This document shows positions 14,201 to 27,689 of a DNA stretch of 64,000 nt, one piece after another. This stretch comes from Paragordius varius (lineage: Eukaryota; Animalia; Nematomorpha). How positions within the stretch are numbered: position 1 is the first letter of the stretch; each line of letters starts with the position of its first letter. The position numbers and the translations under genes were made by a program. The DNA lies in contig OZ176056.1 of NCBI GenBank assembly GCA_964247055.1, forward strand, positions 868,001 through 932,000, in the 5' to 3' direction. The notes beneath the pieces were generated by a model. The model saw nothing but the letters and a program-made list of their open reading frames with translations, ran no database searches and was not told where the DNA came from.

Positions 14201-17200
14201 AAAAATATTGAAAAATATTTTAAAAGGAGTTTGCCCCCTCAATAAATTTGGTTTTATAAACTCTAATGTAATATGAGACATCTTAAAAACGTCTATATAC
14301 AAATTATAAAAAATGGCCAAATTAATAATTAATAAAGTCTTATTTTAGCATCGTTAAAACAAAAACACATAAAATTAGAGGAACAAGTGTAAGAGAAAGG
14401 ATTAGACTTATATTATGATTGCAATAAAAATTATTTGTAAGAAAAATAGTTTGTCTAGCCAAAAAAACATGTATGTTATAAATATTTAATGATAATAAGA
14501 CGGATGCATTTTTTTAATTTATGTACAAACTTAAAAACTTCATATATATCAACAAAATTTAACTAATATAACTTTGATTATAAAAAAATAATTATAATTC
14601 CAATCTTATATAATTACGGGAAAAATTGATTGATATTATTCAGACAAAATTTAAAAATGTAACAAATATTTATTTCATAAGACATATCGTTTATAATTTC
14701 TATTTATAATTTCATTTCTAATTATCCTTTATCGTTATATTACGGATTTTAACAACTGTTATTACAACCATACTTGTTTAAATCTTAATATATTTTGTTT
14801 CAAATTGCAAAAGTATTAAATGTGTATTTATCCAATCAATTACAAGCTTCCAAAAGGTTTAAAAAAGCATAGTTCCCCCTTTTGAAAAAAATATTTCTCT
14901 TTATGATTTTTTACGTTTTGTCCGTATATAATTTCAAATTATACTGTACATCTTTCGGTTCAAATTTATGAAAACGTGCAAAAACCTGCTATAAAAACGT
15001 CATTCTGTTCAGCCAATTCAATTAGCCCAGGGACAAAAGTGTTTTGAGGACTACCATTTATATAGGTGCAGTGTTCAAGAACCGAAGCCACACCAAACAA
15101 TGTTGAAGGTGAAATCTCAGATGCATTTGCTTCTATGGAAGCTAACAATTCACGTGCTGTAAGATTAAGTCCTGGCTCGACATTACAAAACCTTTCAGTA
15201 TTTGCCGTCCAAAGAACAATACATTGATCAATACCTGATTGTGACTTAAAATCTCTAATATCTGACCTTATCCGTTCAACTATTTGTGATTTGGTCCAAA
15301 CGGCAGGAAATGTATTATCAGCCCGACCGGCTTGATTAGCAGCAATGAAATCGGGAATGTAAACTGAGGCCCGTGGTTTCATTTCTTAAACAAAGTTATT
15401 AAATTTTGAAAAATAAAATAATCCTATAAAAAATTTATATATCATTTAAATTATCTGTAATTAACGTTCAGAATTGCGTACGTCCCTCTATCTGATATTA
15501 TCTGATATAAATTTTCAATCACAAATATTTATATTAAAACTTTCAATCAATACATACGTTACAAAATTATATTAGTTAATTGCCTTCTATATTATACCAA
15601 AGTTTTTATTTCAAGATCAATAAAACACCAAAAAATATAATTAATATATAAAAAAAAATTTCTTAAGCTGTACAAAAATTATATTTTCAAACACAAAAAT
15701 GGCATAAAATCTAAATTTCTTTTAAACTTATATAAAACTCCCAAAATCCTTCAATATAAAATTTTAAAATCACACATATATATACCATTTACAGCTCAAA
15801 TTCATCTTCGAACAATTTAAATTCACCCTTAAACAATTAAAATTAACCCTCGAACAATTTAAATTCACCATAAATTAAATTGTGTTCTCAAAATTAAAAA
15901 TTATCTATATATTTTTATATTTTTATGAAATGCAATTTTGTTTAAAATTTAAATAAAATTGAAAAAATAGCAAACTATGCCACAAGATTATATTTTATAT
16001 TAATAATGCGTTATATTAGCTGCCCGAAAACACATAATTTATTTTTCAAGGGTAAATTTGAATCGTTCAAGAAGGGTGAATTCGAATTGATTAAGGGTAA
16101 ATTTAAATTGTTTAGAGGTAAATTTAAATTGTTTAAGGGTGAATTTGAATTGTTTAAGGGTGATTTGTATATGAGTTTATCTACCCTTCATAAGAGGTAC
16201 CAATTGCGTTTGCAAATTATAATCTATAACTCGGGCTCTTTGCATAGATTGGGCCAAATTAAGGGATGAAATATCCCATCCATCTAACGTTATATCACAC
16301 GGTTCCACCATAGGAAGTAAATGTTTAATGGGAACATAAATTGGTTCATAGTGTGGATTATTATTACAAGCATTTGTTTCCATCTCATTACAATCGCCAT
16401 TGGAGGAATCGCTATTGGAATCAATTAACAAATCACCCAAATGTATGGTAGATGACTGGGTAATTGACCCAAAAAAATTGGGTTTCTAATTCATGAGTTT
16501 AAATTTGAAAAAAAAAATATAAAATTTTGCCAACCAAATAACCAACATGTTTTTTGTTAAGTTAACATTTTCAGACATTTTATAATTGGGAAAAAAAGTA
16601 AAATGTAGGAACTGAGGAGTTATATTCTACAAACTCATAAAAAATGGTCTTTAATAGTTTTACAGTCATGTATCCTTTATTTTATCAAAAATTTATTATT
16701 TTTCGTTAAATGAGTATATAAAGAATGGAAAAAACATAAGCTCTATGGTATTATAACAATGTCATATTCATCAAAAAAGTATAAGAATTACCATAGAGCT
16801 CTTGTATTTTTCATTCTTTACCAAATATTTATACCCATTTAACGAAAAAAAATGTTTTTGATAAAATAAAGTATATATGACTGTATGTTAACAGACATGA
16901 TACTTTTGATTTTTACTTATCTAAGTTGAGTCCCGCATTAAATTCGAGAGCAAAAAGCGAAATAAGCCTTAATCTAAAACCAGTGTTTGTAAATATAAAA
17001 AATAACTAAGATAATTTTGGAAGCAAGTTAAAAACCTGTTAAAAATTTCAAAATAAATTATATTCTGCATATAGTATAAAAAACTTGTACAAATCAGAAA
17101 ATAGTTTGGTTTAAAAATTAAATATGCCTAAATACAGTAAAAATTGGAATTATACGGGCAAAACGTAAAAATGTAAAGACAAATATTTTTTCCAAAAAAA

Positions 17201-18571
17201 ACAACTATACTTTTTCAAATTATTTTGGTAACACAATCGATTCAATATTTTACAATTGCAACTAAATAGCTTATATGAGAAAAATTTAGGTTTAAAAAAT
17301 ATGGTTGTCTTTTAAAAAAATATTTGTCTCTATATTATTACATTTAATTAATTTCAATTTTTACTGTAATTATCAATATATAAATGAAGGGTTTATGCCA
17401 TTGGTTAAATCAAGGGTGTCATCCAATCAAATAACTTCGCGGACCGTTAAATGAAAAATCCGACGGGCTACATTCGAAAAAATATATGGGCATTAACAAA
17501 TATTTTATTAACATTTAACCATAATAAGACTGTAAATAATTTAATATTTCATATACAGTAAAAATTGAAATTACAATCAATTCCATATTTTACAATGTAA
17601 CTAAATAGTTTAAAAGAAAAAAAATTAGGGTTTAAAAATTATATTGGTCTTTTGAATAAAAATATTTGTGTTTTTACGTTTTGTCCGTAATTTTAATTGA
17701 CTCTAATATTTTGTCTTGAAATAATTTAAATAAAACATCCAGGAAATTTGTTAAAAAAACTATTAATTTAACGAATTAAATACAATTTTTTATTTTTTGG
17801 TATTTATAATTTTTCGTGGGCCAGGCGTTGTATACTTATGGACAATATATTAAGAAAAAATAAGTCTTTTTAGCTTTGTTAATGATAAATTAATTTTATT
17901 TTATTTAAAATAAAATTTTATCACTAGAGTATGGTATAAAAAAAGTTAGTTTTTTATTAAACAATAAAATTAATGTTAAAATCTAGGGAAAAAACCATTT
18001 TAATTTGAAGCATTTTTTATTTTTGGCATATACTACTGTACATGTACTAAGGGCAAACAAAGTATAAATTTTGAATGAAATGTTTTTATAAACAAAGTTG
18101 GGAGTTTGAAATGAACTCTTATTATGGTTTTGAAAAACAAATATATATGTACTCTAAAATATAGACAGAAAAATAAAACGTGACATGACAAAACAAATGT
18201 TTTAAAGATAGATATTGGGTAAATAAAAATCGAAATAATACATAAATTTTAACATAATAGAATTTTAGGAATTAAAAATCGAGTTTAAGAAAACTTACCA
18301 AAATACCATCTTTAGTTCCCCATGTAAATCCATGCTTATTAGCTAAAATTGCTGCGGTTAAGGTTGAACCATTGTTTCCACCCCAACCAACTAACATAAC
18401 ACCAATTTTAGGGACTTTTTTATCCGTAACGATTTGTAAGTTAGATGAAAGAGGTGTTACAATGAGTTTTCCACCAACTTTTTTGACTGATGTCGTTTCA
18501 TAACGGTATATGGATTCAATCCGATCTTTCAAATTTTGTACTTTGGGTGAATTTATTAAAATATTTTCCAT
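11269..18571 (-). CDS. ISYNA1: Inositol-3-phosphate synthase (myo-inositol-1-phosphate synthase), about 637 aa
   Basis: Exons 18571-18299, 16485-16185, 15384-14986, 14058-13901, 12991-12580, 12073-11882, 11447-11269 with consistent phases. MIPS motifs [69 protein letters not shown]. The last exon (NG-rich tail) is less certain; read-through of exon 6 stops at 11874. Confidence 0.95.
13129..13655. mobile_element. MITE family A' (TA-CCATTTGCACTTC termini, internal 21-bp repeats)
   Basis: Left TATACCATTTGCACTTC, right AAAGTGCAAATGGTTTA; arms carry tandem GGACCAACTTGAA.TGTTCAA units; second copy at about 27690-28330. Confidence 0.8.
15783..16170. mobile_element. MITE family A (TA-CCATTTACA termini, internal 21-bp repeats) in MIPS intron 2
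   Basis: Starts TACCATTTACAGCTCAAATTC; inverted arms of GGGTGAATTTGAATTGTTTAA units. Related copies at about 4555-4660, 27470-27665, 36340-36542, 50542-50825, 52336-52670, 57425-57645, 59280-59710, 62717-62980. Confidence 0.8.
16663..16885. mobile_element. Foldback MITE family C (TA-CAGTCATGTATCC termini) in MIPS intron 1
   Basis: Near-palindromic element of about 220 bp; TA flanks and CAGT termini suggest Tc1/mariner type; second copy at about 44737-44963. Confidence 0.75.
17135..17370. mobile_element. MITE family B (TA-CAGTAAAAATTGAAATTATACGGACAAAACG termini)
   Basis: Long inverted arms beginning TACAGTAAAAATTGGAATTATACGGGCAAAACG. Related full or partial copies at about 100-215, 3380-3470, 9785-9870, 14870-14950, 17555-17700, 33268-33555, 53505-53795, 55300-55380, 60160-60420, 61445-61700, 63555-63860. 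Confidence 0.8.
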
Positions 18572-20389
18572 AGTAAAAAAAGAGCGTGTGTTTATGTACT
18601 TTTAAAAAACCAAACTAAAATTGTGAACAAATGTGAAATTATATTTTTTACTCAAATCTAATAAATGAGAAAAATCTTAACAACAATTTGGGTTATAAAA
18701 AATTTAATGTATAATATTAAATAATTATATAGAGAAATATCCGATATATAAAAGAAAATTTTATAGGTTATCTAAATTTGGATAAATCGCTAGCCGGCAT
18801 TTAAAATATAATATGAATAAAAAGTTTGGATAATTTGTTGTTTATTATGTGTTTTCTATAGACAAAATTGCAATTCAAAGCCATTAAAAATTTACAGTTA
18901 AATCTTAAATTCTTTTGTCCAATATGCCTAAATTAGGGTGGATAAGAAATTATCTGATAAATAATTATTTATAATAACTATTATAATTTTTAATATTTTA
19001 TTTATTATTGTGTCGATCTATCGAGAAGGCAAAAAATTAAAAAAATTATATCGACATATTTTTTGAAATATTATACAACAAGTCCACAACAAAATCACAG
19101 GATTAAATATAATATTGTGATAGGAAGGTGTATATTTGGATTAACATAGTGCTTTGAGTTTTGGCCATGAGTGTTTAGGGAATTTTTTTACACTTTTTTT
19201 AAGTGATTCATATCAGAAATTGGCGAAATTTGAGTATTTTTTAGGTAAAAGCCAAAGGCTTCGTTTTAAAAGATATCACTAAATATTTGACAAATCCATA
19301 TAAACAAATCATTTCAAAATATTATTGTCTGGGCTTCGAAAGTTCTTTTTTCGCTTTTCTAAATAAACTACCTGTTATAAATAAAAAAACATCTTCAACA
19401 TTTGATGATAAATTCTATCGCTTCAGATTTTAAAGGTTTATGGTTAAAGATTTTAGTGAATTTTATTAAATACAATGTCTATATAACTTAAAATTGAAAG
19501 ACCAACGAAGGTTTTAGTCGAATTTGAAATGGAAATGTTTTTCATTGTTTAATTATATAGAAATGTTTTCAATATAAAACGTTGCTTAATTGTTTCCATC
19601 ATGACTCAAAAAGTAAAGGGTAGGCTTTATTTGCAAATATTAAATTTTAAAAAATGCCCTTATTTTAATTAAAATTTATATATAATTTTTATAACACACC
19701 TAATTTTTGTGTTTATTTTAAGAGGATTAGCTCATTTAAAAAGAGAAAATTTGGCATAAAAAAAATTTAAATTTTTGAAAATATTGTGCTGCTTTTACGT
19801 AGTTAATCATATATAGTGATATTTTAATGAAACCTCTAGCTTTCACCGAAAAATATTATATGCGGAAGCCATTTTTATGGAGCAGTTATTAAAAAAATGT
19901 CAATAACTCTAAATCACTAATGACCAAAACCAATAGCAACATGATAATTGTACTATATTTTTTAAAATATATTATCAAATAGAATATTTCAAACCACCGG
20001 TTTTAGACGCAAAGTAATATGTTAATATTTGCAAAAATGATTACCTTTTAGTTTATTTTTATATCCCGCAGCGATCATTATATAAAAAAGTAAAGGCATT
20101 AAGCCGAATTTAAAAATTGCTTTCTTGTTGTGTTTTAGGCGCAGTATACAAATTTTTTTCTTGCCATTTTTTTCTTAATTTTTTCAAATCTCTACTGCAA
20201 TATACATATATTTTGGTTAAAAAACTCTAGAAGCTCTTAAGCAAAATCTCACAAACTCTACATATAGATCTGAGCTGTTTGTTTTGATCGTGCTTTACTA
20301 TCCCAATTTTAGCCTTTAGAAGTCGAAAAACTGTACAACACCTAAGCTTTTTTAATACATGAGAACAATAATTGTTGCTAAATTTTTAT

Positions 20390-23300
20390 ATTATTATTAT
20401 TATTATTACATTACATGTTTTCACTCGTGAGAGCGGTCATGTTATACAACCTGTCTCGCCATAAAACTCTATCTATGGCGTCCTCTGCATTAAGCTCGTA
20501 TTCTGCTAGCTCTCTTTTTACTGTATCTATCCATTTTGTTTTAGGCCGCCCACGTCCTCGTTTTCCCTCAACTATATAACCATCTATTATTTTTGCAATA
20601 TAATTAGAATCTCTCCTTTCAATGTGCCCGAACCAACGTAGCCTATTTTTTGACATTCTTTCCACTATTGGTTTAATATCTGTGCTCCCACGAATAAATC
20701 TATTCTCGATTTTGTCCTTTCTAGTTACCCCACACATCATTCTGAGCATTTTCATTTCAGTCACGTTAAATTGTCTTTCTTCGGATTTTTTGACACCCCA
20801 TGTCTGTGAATTATACATCATTGAGGGCTGGACAACTGAACTGTAAATCTTCCCTTTCACTCTAACATCAATATTTAGATCGCATAACACGCTCGAAATT
20901 TTCTTCCAATTTACCCAGCTGCTCTTTATTCTTAAATTAATATCGTCAGTTAACGAACCATCTGCACTTAACATAGCTCCCAGATATTTGCAACTTTCTT
21001 TACCCTTCAGAACCCAACTATCATCAACTACCATTTCATGTTGTGGACCCCCAAAAGTAATAAGTTCGGTTTTTGCTTTGTTTACTTTCAGACCATATTG
21101 ATCCAGCATAACAACCCATCTGTTTACCGTTCGCTTTAACTCAATTAGTGAATCAGACAAGATGATTATGTCATCTGCATACATTAAGTACCATCCTGAA
21201 CTCACATTAACAACCTTGGCTACCTCGTCCATACAAATTATAAACAATAAGGGGCTGAGTGATGAGCCTTGGTAGACTCCATGCTTTATTGAAAAGGGCT
21301 CTGATAAACCTTGTGGAGTTTTAATCCTGGTGTGTGATTCGTACATTATTTGTAACAACTTAATATAACTTTCTGGCACCTTTTTACGACGGAGACTCCA
21401 CCAAATAGTTTCTCTAGGAATCCTGTCAAACGCCTTCTCTATATCAATCAAAACCCCGTGTAATTCTTTCTTTTTTTCAATGTGTTTTTCAATCAACCTC
21501 CTAACCGCATGTATAGGATCTACTGTTGACTTTCCTGGCATGAAACCAAATTGATTTCCTTCTATAGATATCATTTTCCTGATTCGCTTTTCAATTATTT
21601 TTTCAAACAATTTCATAGTGTGCGACATAAGTTTTATCCCTCTATAGTTACTACATTCATTTATATCACCTTTTCCTTTAAATAAAGGCACAGTTAAACT
21701 TTCCTTCCATTCAACCGGGATTTCATACGTTGAAACAACTTTATTAAATACACGCTCCAAAAAATTTAATCCAGAATTTCCAAGCACTTTCCAACAATTT
21801 ATATTTATGTCGTCCGATCCTACAGCTTTGTTGTTTGGCATTTCTAACAAATTAGATTCTACTTCCTTTTGTGTAATTGCTTCTATTGGTCTATCAGTAG
21901 CTTCAACTGTATTTGGCAAAAATATCTCGCCTACCCCTTCATCTAAACTCACAAAGTACTCTTTCCATCTTTTTAATATTTCTACATTTTCGCACAGCAA
22001 GCTTCCATCTTTTCCTTTTATTGCAGTCGCATAACCTGGCAAATCCATCCTGCGTTTATTCCTTTGCTGCGCAACTTTATACACTTTGTTTAAACCTTGC
22101 TTCTTAACTCATCATAAAATAAATTCATTTTTTCTTTCTTAACCTGACCGACTAATTTTTTCAATTCCTTATTTAAACTTTTATACTTATCTCTATCATC
22201 ATCATTCCTTGTATGTCTCCATTTGTCAAAAGCCTTACCTTTTTCTCGTGACATCAATATTATTCTTTCATCGTAAAGCCAAGCCTCTCTGTATACTTGA
22301 GATTTTCCGCCTTTTAATCCACAAACTAGAGTTCCTGCCTTTTTGATTAACTGACTTACTTTATCCCAATCACCATTTAACCCTCCATCCTCGGATAACC
22401 GTATTTCATTTATAAAAGCCTGCCTTTTTTCGGATAATTTCTCCCACTTAATACTTTTTAATCTCTTTCAATAAGAACCACTTTGTTTAGACTTTTCTTT
22501 CACGAAAAATTTACAGATAAGTAAATTATGTTGCGAACTAACCTCTAAGTTTGGCACGACCTTACAATCTATCACAAGCTTCAATAAATCTCTTGGAACA
22601 AGTATAAAATCTATTTGAGATTTGTTTATGCCGCTCTTAAAAGTTACTAGATGACTCTCTCTTTTTTCGAAAAACGTGTTCGCTATCGCCAAATTGTGAG
22701 ATTGTGCAAATCTGAGCAAATTAATTCCTTCCTCGTTTCTTTCTCCATAAGAATGTCCCCCGTGCCATATTTCAAAAGATTCCCTTTTTGAACCAAGATG
22801 ACCATTAAAATCCCCACATAAAAACTTGACTCTGAGCTGAGGGAGAGCGACTATTTTTTCATCTAAAGTCTCGTAAAATTGCTCCTTTTCTTGTTTGGGT
22901 AAACCTATTTGCGGGGCATATATACTAAATACCGTTATGACCTCGTTACCTACCAAAATATCTAAATTCATGATTCGGCTGTTATAGCGTCTAACCTCTT
23001 TAACCTGATTGGACAATTTGGGATTAATGATAATTGCCACTCCATTTCGTCCGCCACTTTCACCTGAGTAATATAGTCGATAATTCTCTTCCAAAGTCCT
23101 TGCTCCGTTTCCACGGTAACGAGTCTCTTGTAATGCCAAAATATCAATATGTTTAACTTTCATTATTCTCACAATATCATTTAACTTACTTTTCAATGAA
23201 CCAACATTTAAACTAGCAAAATACAAACAACCCGTATTCCTTTTCATTCTCTTTATATTATTGGCCACAACACCAAAACCGCGGCTGGCCAGGCCTGACC

Positions 23301-23790
23301 GGTTATTACTATACACATCAATATTCATTTGACAGCTTTAAACAAACAAAATAAAATAATAAAATTGAAGTGTCGAACTAATTATGACAAATTGATAGAT
23401 GTTAAAAAAAAAAACCTAGGCAGGCTATAGGTATAAACGGAAATTATATTTCGCAATAAAAAAAAAAAAAATTAAAGCAAAAATTATGTATAAACAATAT
23501 AAATCAAGGGTTATTTTATGTGTCATAGTAAAAAATAAAATAAATAGTGCTACAATACTTATCCAAGAATACGATCTATATATTTAAGAGAATATTAATA
23601 GGCAAATTATAGGAAAAAGCCAACGGTAAGTCCTACGTCCAAAAACAAAATGGGAATAGGTATGTTATAACAAAATTTAAAGTATAGGATAAGTGATAAA
23701 AGATAGAATAAACTTTGAAGATAAATAGATAAGAATTTAGAATTTTTTTCTTTTGTGTAATGTACGAACTCGCGCGCGTCAAATGTCCAA
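20390..23790 (-). mobile_element. RTE-clade non-LTR retrotransposon (APE endonuclease + reverse transcriptase), near full length with two lesions
   Basis: Endonuclease ORF 23328-22468 (SLNVGSL, LQETR, SIYAPQ, GDFNGHLG, SQIDFIL); in-frame TGA at 22470-22468; frame stays open to 22090; frameshift near 22105; RT ORF 22084-20411 (YRGIKLMSH, QFGF, HGVYQGSSLSPLLF, YADD, KYLG, RGRGRPKTKW); (TAA)n tail at about 20390-20407. The 5' boundary is approximate. Confidence 0.93.
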
Positions 23791-23916
23791 AAATGTTATT
23801 AATTTACAAAATCTAATGAGGCATGTGGAAACGGTATAAAAGCGGTTTAAGATATAGATAACATTTTTCCATATAATTTGATGGTACTGAACATTTTAAT
23901 CATTTCAGATAATTAA

Positions 23917-24497
23917 CACTTCGATTCAAATTGGGGTATCTAAATACCCCAGACTAATTCTGCGTTAATATTTTTCGAAAACTACTGAAGGAAACGGTCC
24001 CAATTTAAATTTATGCTTCTATCCTAACAAAAATTATATAAATATGCCAAAATATCTAAATAAAATTTTGTTTTGAAAAAAAAGCTCCATGTCAAACTAC
24101 TTGGCCGCCATTTTTATTTTATAAAAATTTTGCAAAATATCGTCTTTATTTAATTTTAAGTGTAAAACAAAGCTAATTTTTGATGTAAATTACATCCAAC
24201 ATTGATAGAAATAGAAAAAGCTGTTTATTTTGTATTGTTTTTCAATTTTACCATTGCACGCGTGTCACGTTGACTGAATTTTTACCTTTGGGTTTTAGCT
24301 TAAAATAAGTAATATCAAGTATTTTTAAATAATATTTTTTATATATTTGGGTTTTGTAATGTTATATAGGTGCAAGATTTTGCCATGGTTTCGATTCATT
24401 ACATATTTTTTGAAGAATTCGATTATAAACAGGCCTGGGGTATTTAACTACCCCGATTTGAATCGAAGGACTAAAATGAATGTGTTGTATCCAAGTG
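23917..24497. mobile_element. piggyBac-type MITE, copy 1
   Basis: TTAA on both sides (23913-23916, 24498-24501); termini CACTTCGATTC / GTATCCAAGTG; asymmetric sub-terminal inverted repeat containing GGGGTA..TACCCC. Confidence 0.75.
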
Positions 24498-24820
24498 TTA
24501 AAATAATCGTTTTTTAAATTAATGATAAATACAAATTGTTTAATATGGACGTTATTTTTATAACAAAATTTTATTTAGATATTTGATTTAATATGAATAT
24601 TATTAGGATAAATCATAAATTTTAATTGGGACCGTTTCCATTTACTTAAATTTAGGTATATACCCTAATTTAAATAAGTAATAAAATATTGAAAACTGTA
24701 AAAAATGCTCAACTATAACTTTTCGGCGAAATTTTTTTCTCATTTTTTAATTGATGATAAAACAGGAAAATAAATGTATTTTATTATTATAAAGTGTAAT
24801 TAACACTTAAAAGCTTTTAA

Positions 24821-25341
24821 CACTTCGATTCAAATCGGGGTATCTAAGTACCCCAGACTAAATATAAATTAATATTTTTAAAAAACAACCGAGGAAACTG
24901 TTTAAATTTAAATTTATGCCTCTATTCTATTTTATAATATAGCCAAAATATCTTAATAAAATTTCGTTTAAAAGTTCCATGTCAAACTACTACGATGCCA
25001 TTTTTATTTTACAAAATATTTGCGAAATTTCGTCTTGCTATTTTTTATTTAAACATCTAACATTGATTTAGAAAGAGCGGTTTATTTTGTATGTTTTTTA
25101 AATTTTACCAGTGAAACATGTCACGTTTACAAAATTTTTACCTTTCGGTTTTAGCTTAAAATAAGTAATATCAAGTAATTTGAATAAAATTTTTTATATA
25201 TTTCGGTTTAATAATGTTATTTAAGTGCAAAATTCTGCCATGGTTTTAATTACTTCCATATTTTTTAAAAATTAATTTAAACAGGCCTGGGGTACCCCAA
25301 TTTGAATCAAAGGACTAAAATGAATGTGTTGTATCCAAGTG
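24821..25341. mobile_element. piggyBac-type MITE, copy 2
   Basis: TTAA flanks at 24817-24820 and 25342-25345; same termini and internal sequence as copy 1. Confidence 0.75.
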
Positions 25342-27689
25342 TTAATATTAAAATATTAATTTTAAGAAATTTTCGAGAATCCATTTTTTTTGCAATCACG
25401 GAATTGATATATTTAACTTATTTTTATATGCCATGTTATTAAATGTTAGCAGAGATTTTCTATAAAATTATCATCTTTTATATACACCCAATGAATAGAT
25501 TAATTAGCCAAAATTTATCAAATTAACAATTTATAGCATTAACGAAGGTTTGAATTACATATAAATTAAATTTTGTACATAAATAGTTTCCAAAATAATT
25601 TTATCCATATTTTTAAATCTGTCAAGTGTGCCCTACACCACACTTGCAAAATCTTTAAGTCTTGATCATATGATTTTTTATGACCTCCTTATCAAGTTTT
25701 CTTGCTTGACTTAAGTCGTGTAATGTTGAATATTTTTTATCACATGAAAGCAAGCCATGACATGAAAAACTTGCAAGTCAAGTCAAAAAAATTTAATTAC
25801 TTGATCCATAATAACAAGTGTTTTTATTCCGTTCCACCATGCTTCAAAATATTGTAAACCTCGCTTAACCAAAATTTTGCTACATAAATCAAAATATCGA
25901 TTCTTTCATAAAATTTTTTTTTGATAAAACATAATTAAATCAAGCAATCTGAGCAGTTTCGTTTTTATTTATAGAAGAACTTGTAACTGAATGTTAAGAA
26001 CTTTTGAAGCCCATACAATAAAATTTTTACATAAATATTGTTTACTTTTTATATGTGGTTTATAATACGATTTAGTGATAACACTTGGAAGAACCATTTT
26101 TTCAAATAAAAAAATTTATTTTACAAAATATGCGAAATGCCTTTTTCTAATATGAAGGAGCAGTTACCACAATAATTAACTCTTAAATTCGTAAGAAAAA
26201 TCAGATATCTGCTGATTTCGATACACACATATTCTTATTAGCATATATATTGCAACAAGATATTTGTGTGCGCCTGCGTATAAATATAACAATATTTGGT
26301 GTCAAATTACCTAAATTATTATATTTTTATTGCACGACAATATCATTTATGAATCGATAAATTTCTTTATGCAATAATTAAAAAATTAAATATAATTTGT
26401 CAGTTTGGAGGTGTTTTTAAACAGAGTACAGCAACCATGGGCTGAAAAAAATTCATTAACTTATTGTTATAAGGAAGTCACATTTGTTAATTTAAATCTA
26501 TAGGCAAGAACTTTTTATGTTTCAGTGGGTGGATTCCATTTGGCTTTGTAAACTTTCCTACATGTGACGTTCTAATATAGCGCGCTTTTTACAGAACAAT
26601 CAAACCTACCAGCGATTTCTTTTATTATATATTTGCCCTTTTACGAGATGTAGCTCAAACACTTATTAAATCTTTACGGTTTAGAGAAGGGTAACACGCA
26701 ATCCGCTTGCGGTTTTTTGAGGCTTTAGGAGCGGCCGAAAAAAAATTTGGAAATCTATAATTTTGCAAAATATGCTTACGAAATATTAGTAAAATTGACA
26801 TTTAATAAACTCAGTCAATCCAACCGGCAAGAACTCGAAAAAGATATGTCTACGTATTTATAGATCCATATGTATAAAATTTTAAAATCTATAGAGTTAT
26901 ATATAACGAACGCGGCCCGCAAAGCCATTTATTTTAGACACCTCTGGTCTAAGTTTTTCAATAATCTGTATCACTATTTTAAATATTGGCGTATCCAAAG
27001 GCTGAGACCCCAAAACCGATTAATTTTAAAAAAGCAGTGGGGCGAGATTTCATGGTGGCGAAAGTTTTGATATTTAGAGCTTACAGCAATCTATTTAAAA
27101 AAGATCTATAGTAAAATTTTGCTCTCTAGTTATGACGACTACTAATGTCTATAAATACAGGATTCACCAATTATAATTTAACAAATAAATTTAAGTAACT
27201 AAATGTTTTATCATGATATTTTTTAGTTTATTACGGCAAAATATTTATATAATTAAAATAAAAAAACCTTAAAAATAAAGAAACTTTATATATAACCTTA
27301 TTAGTATAATTACCTATTGTTGAAAATAAGCATATAATAGATATATATTGGTAATTTATACATGATCATTTAGACCAGGAATGTCCAACACAAATGACTT
27401 AGAAGCGCCACATTTGAATTAACATATTTTAGGAAATAATTATCAAAAAACTTATATATTTCTCTATTAAACCATTTACAAATCAAATTCACCCTTAATT
27501 TAAATTCACCATTAAACAATTTAAATTTAGGCTCCAACAATTAAAATCACCCTATAAATTTAGTGAAGATAAAAAATAATTAATATTTTTTTATATATTA
27601 AAATAAAATTTTGTTTAATTTAAATTGTTTACGGGTGAAGGGTGAATTTGAACTGTAAATGGTATACAAATAATTAGTAAAGATATTAT

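Noticed and set aside
16006-16269. 87-aa plus-strand ORF with FKGEFEL repeats
   Set aside because: Derived from family A MITE repeats plus the antisense of MIPS exon 2.
16399-16438. GT...AG 25-nt stretch inside the MIPS exon 2 insertion as a further tiny intron
   Set aside because: Removal would frameshift the downstream conserved MIPS sequence, so it is coding.
16670-16682. GTATCCTTT, the U12-type 5' splice-site consensus
   Set aside because: It is part of the family C MITE terminus, recurs at about 44743, and lies antisense to MIPS with no adjacent exon.
20622-22107. Short plus-strand ORFs (20622, 21807, 21913)
   Set aside because: Antisense shadows of the RTE coding region.
23330-23900. 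Target-site duplication for the RTE element
   Set aside because: No sequence matching the flank next to the (TAA)n tail was found at the 5' side, so the 5' boundary and TSD are not called.
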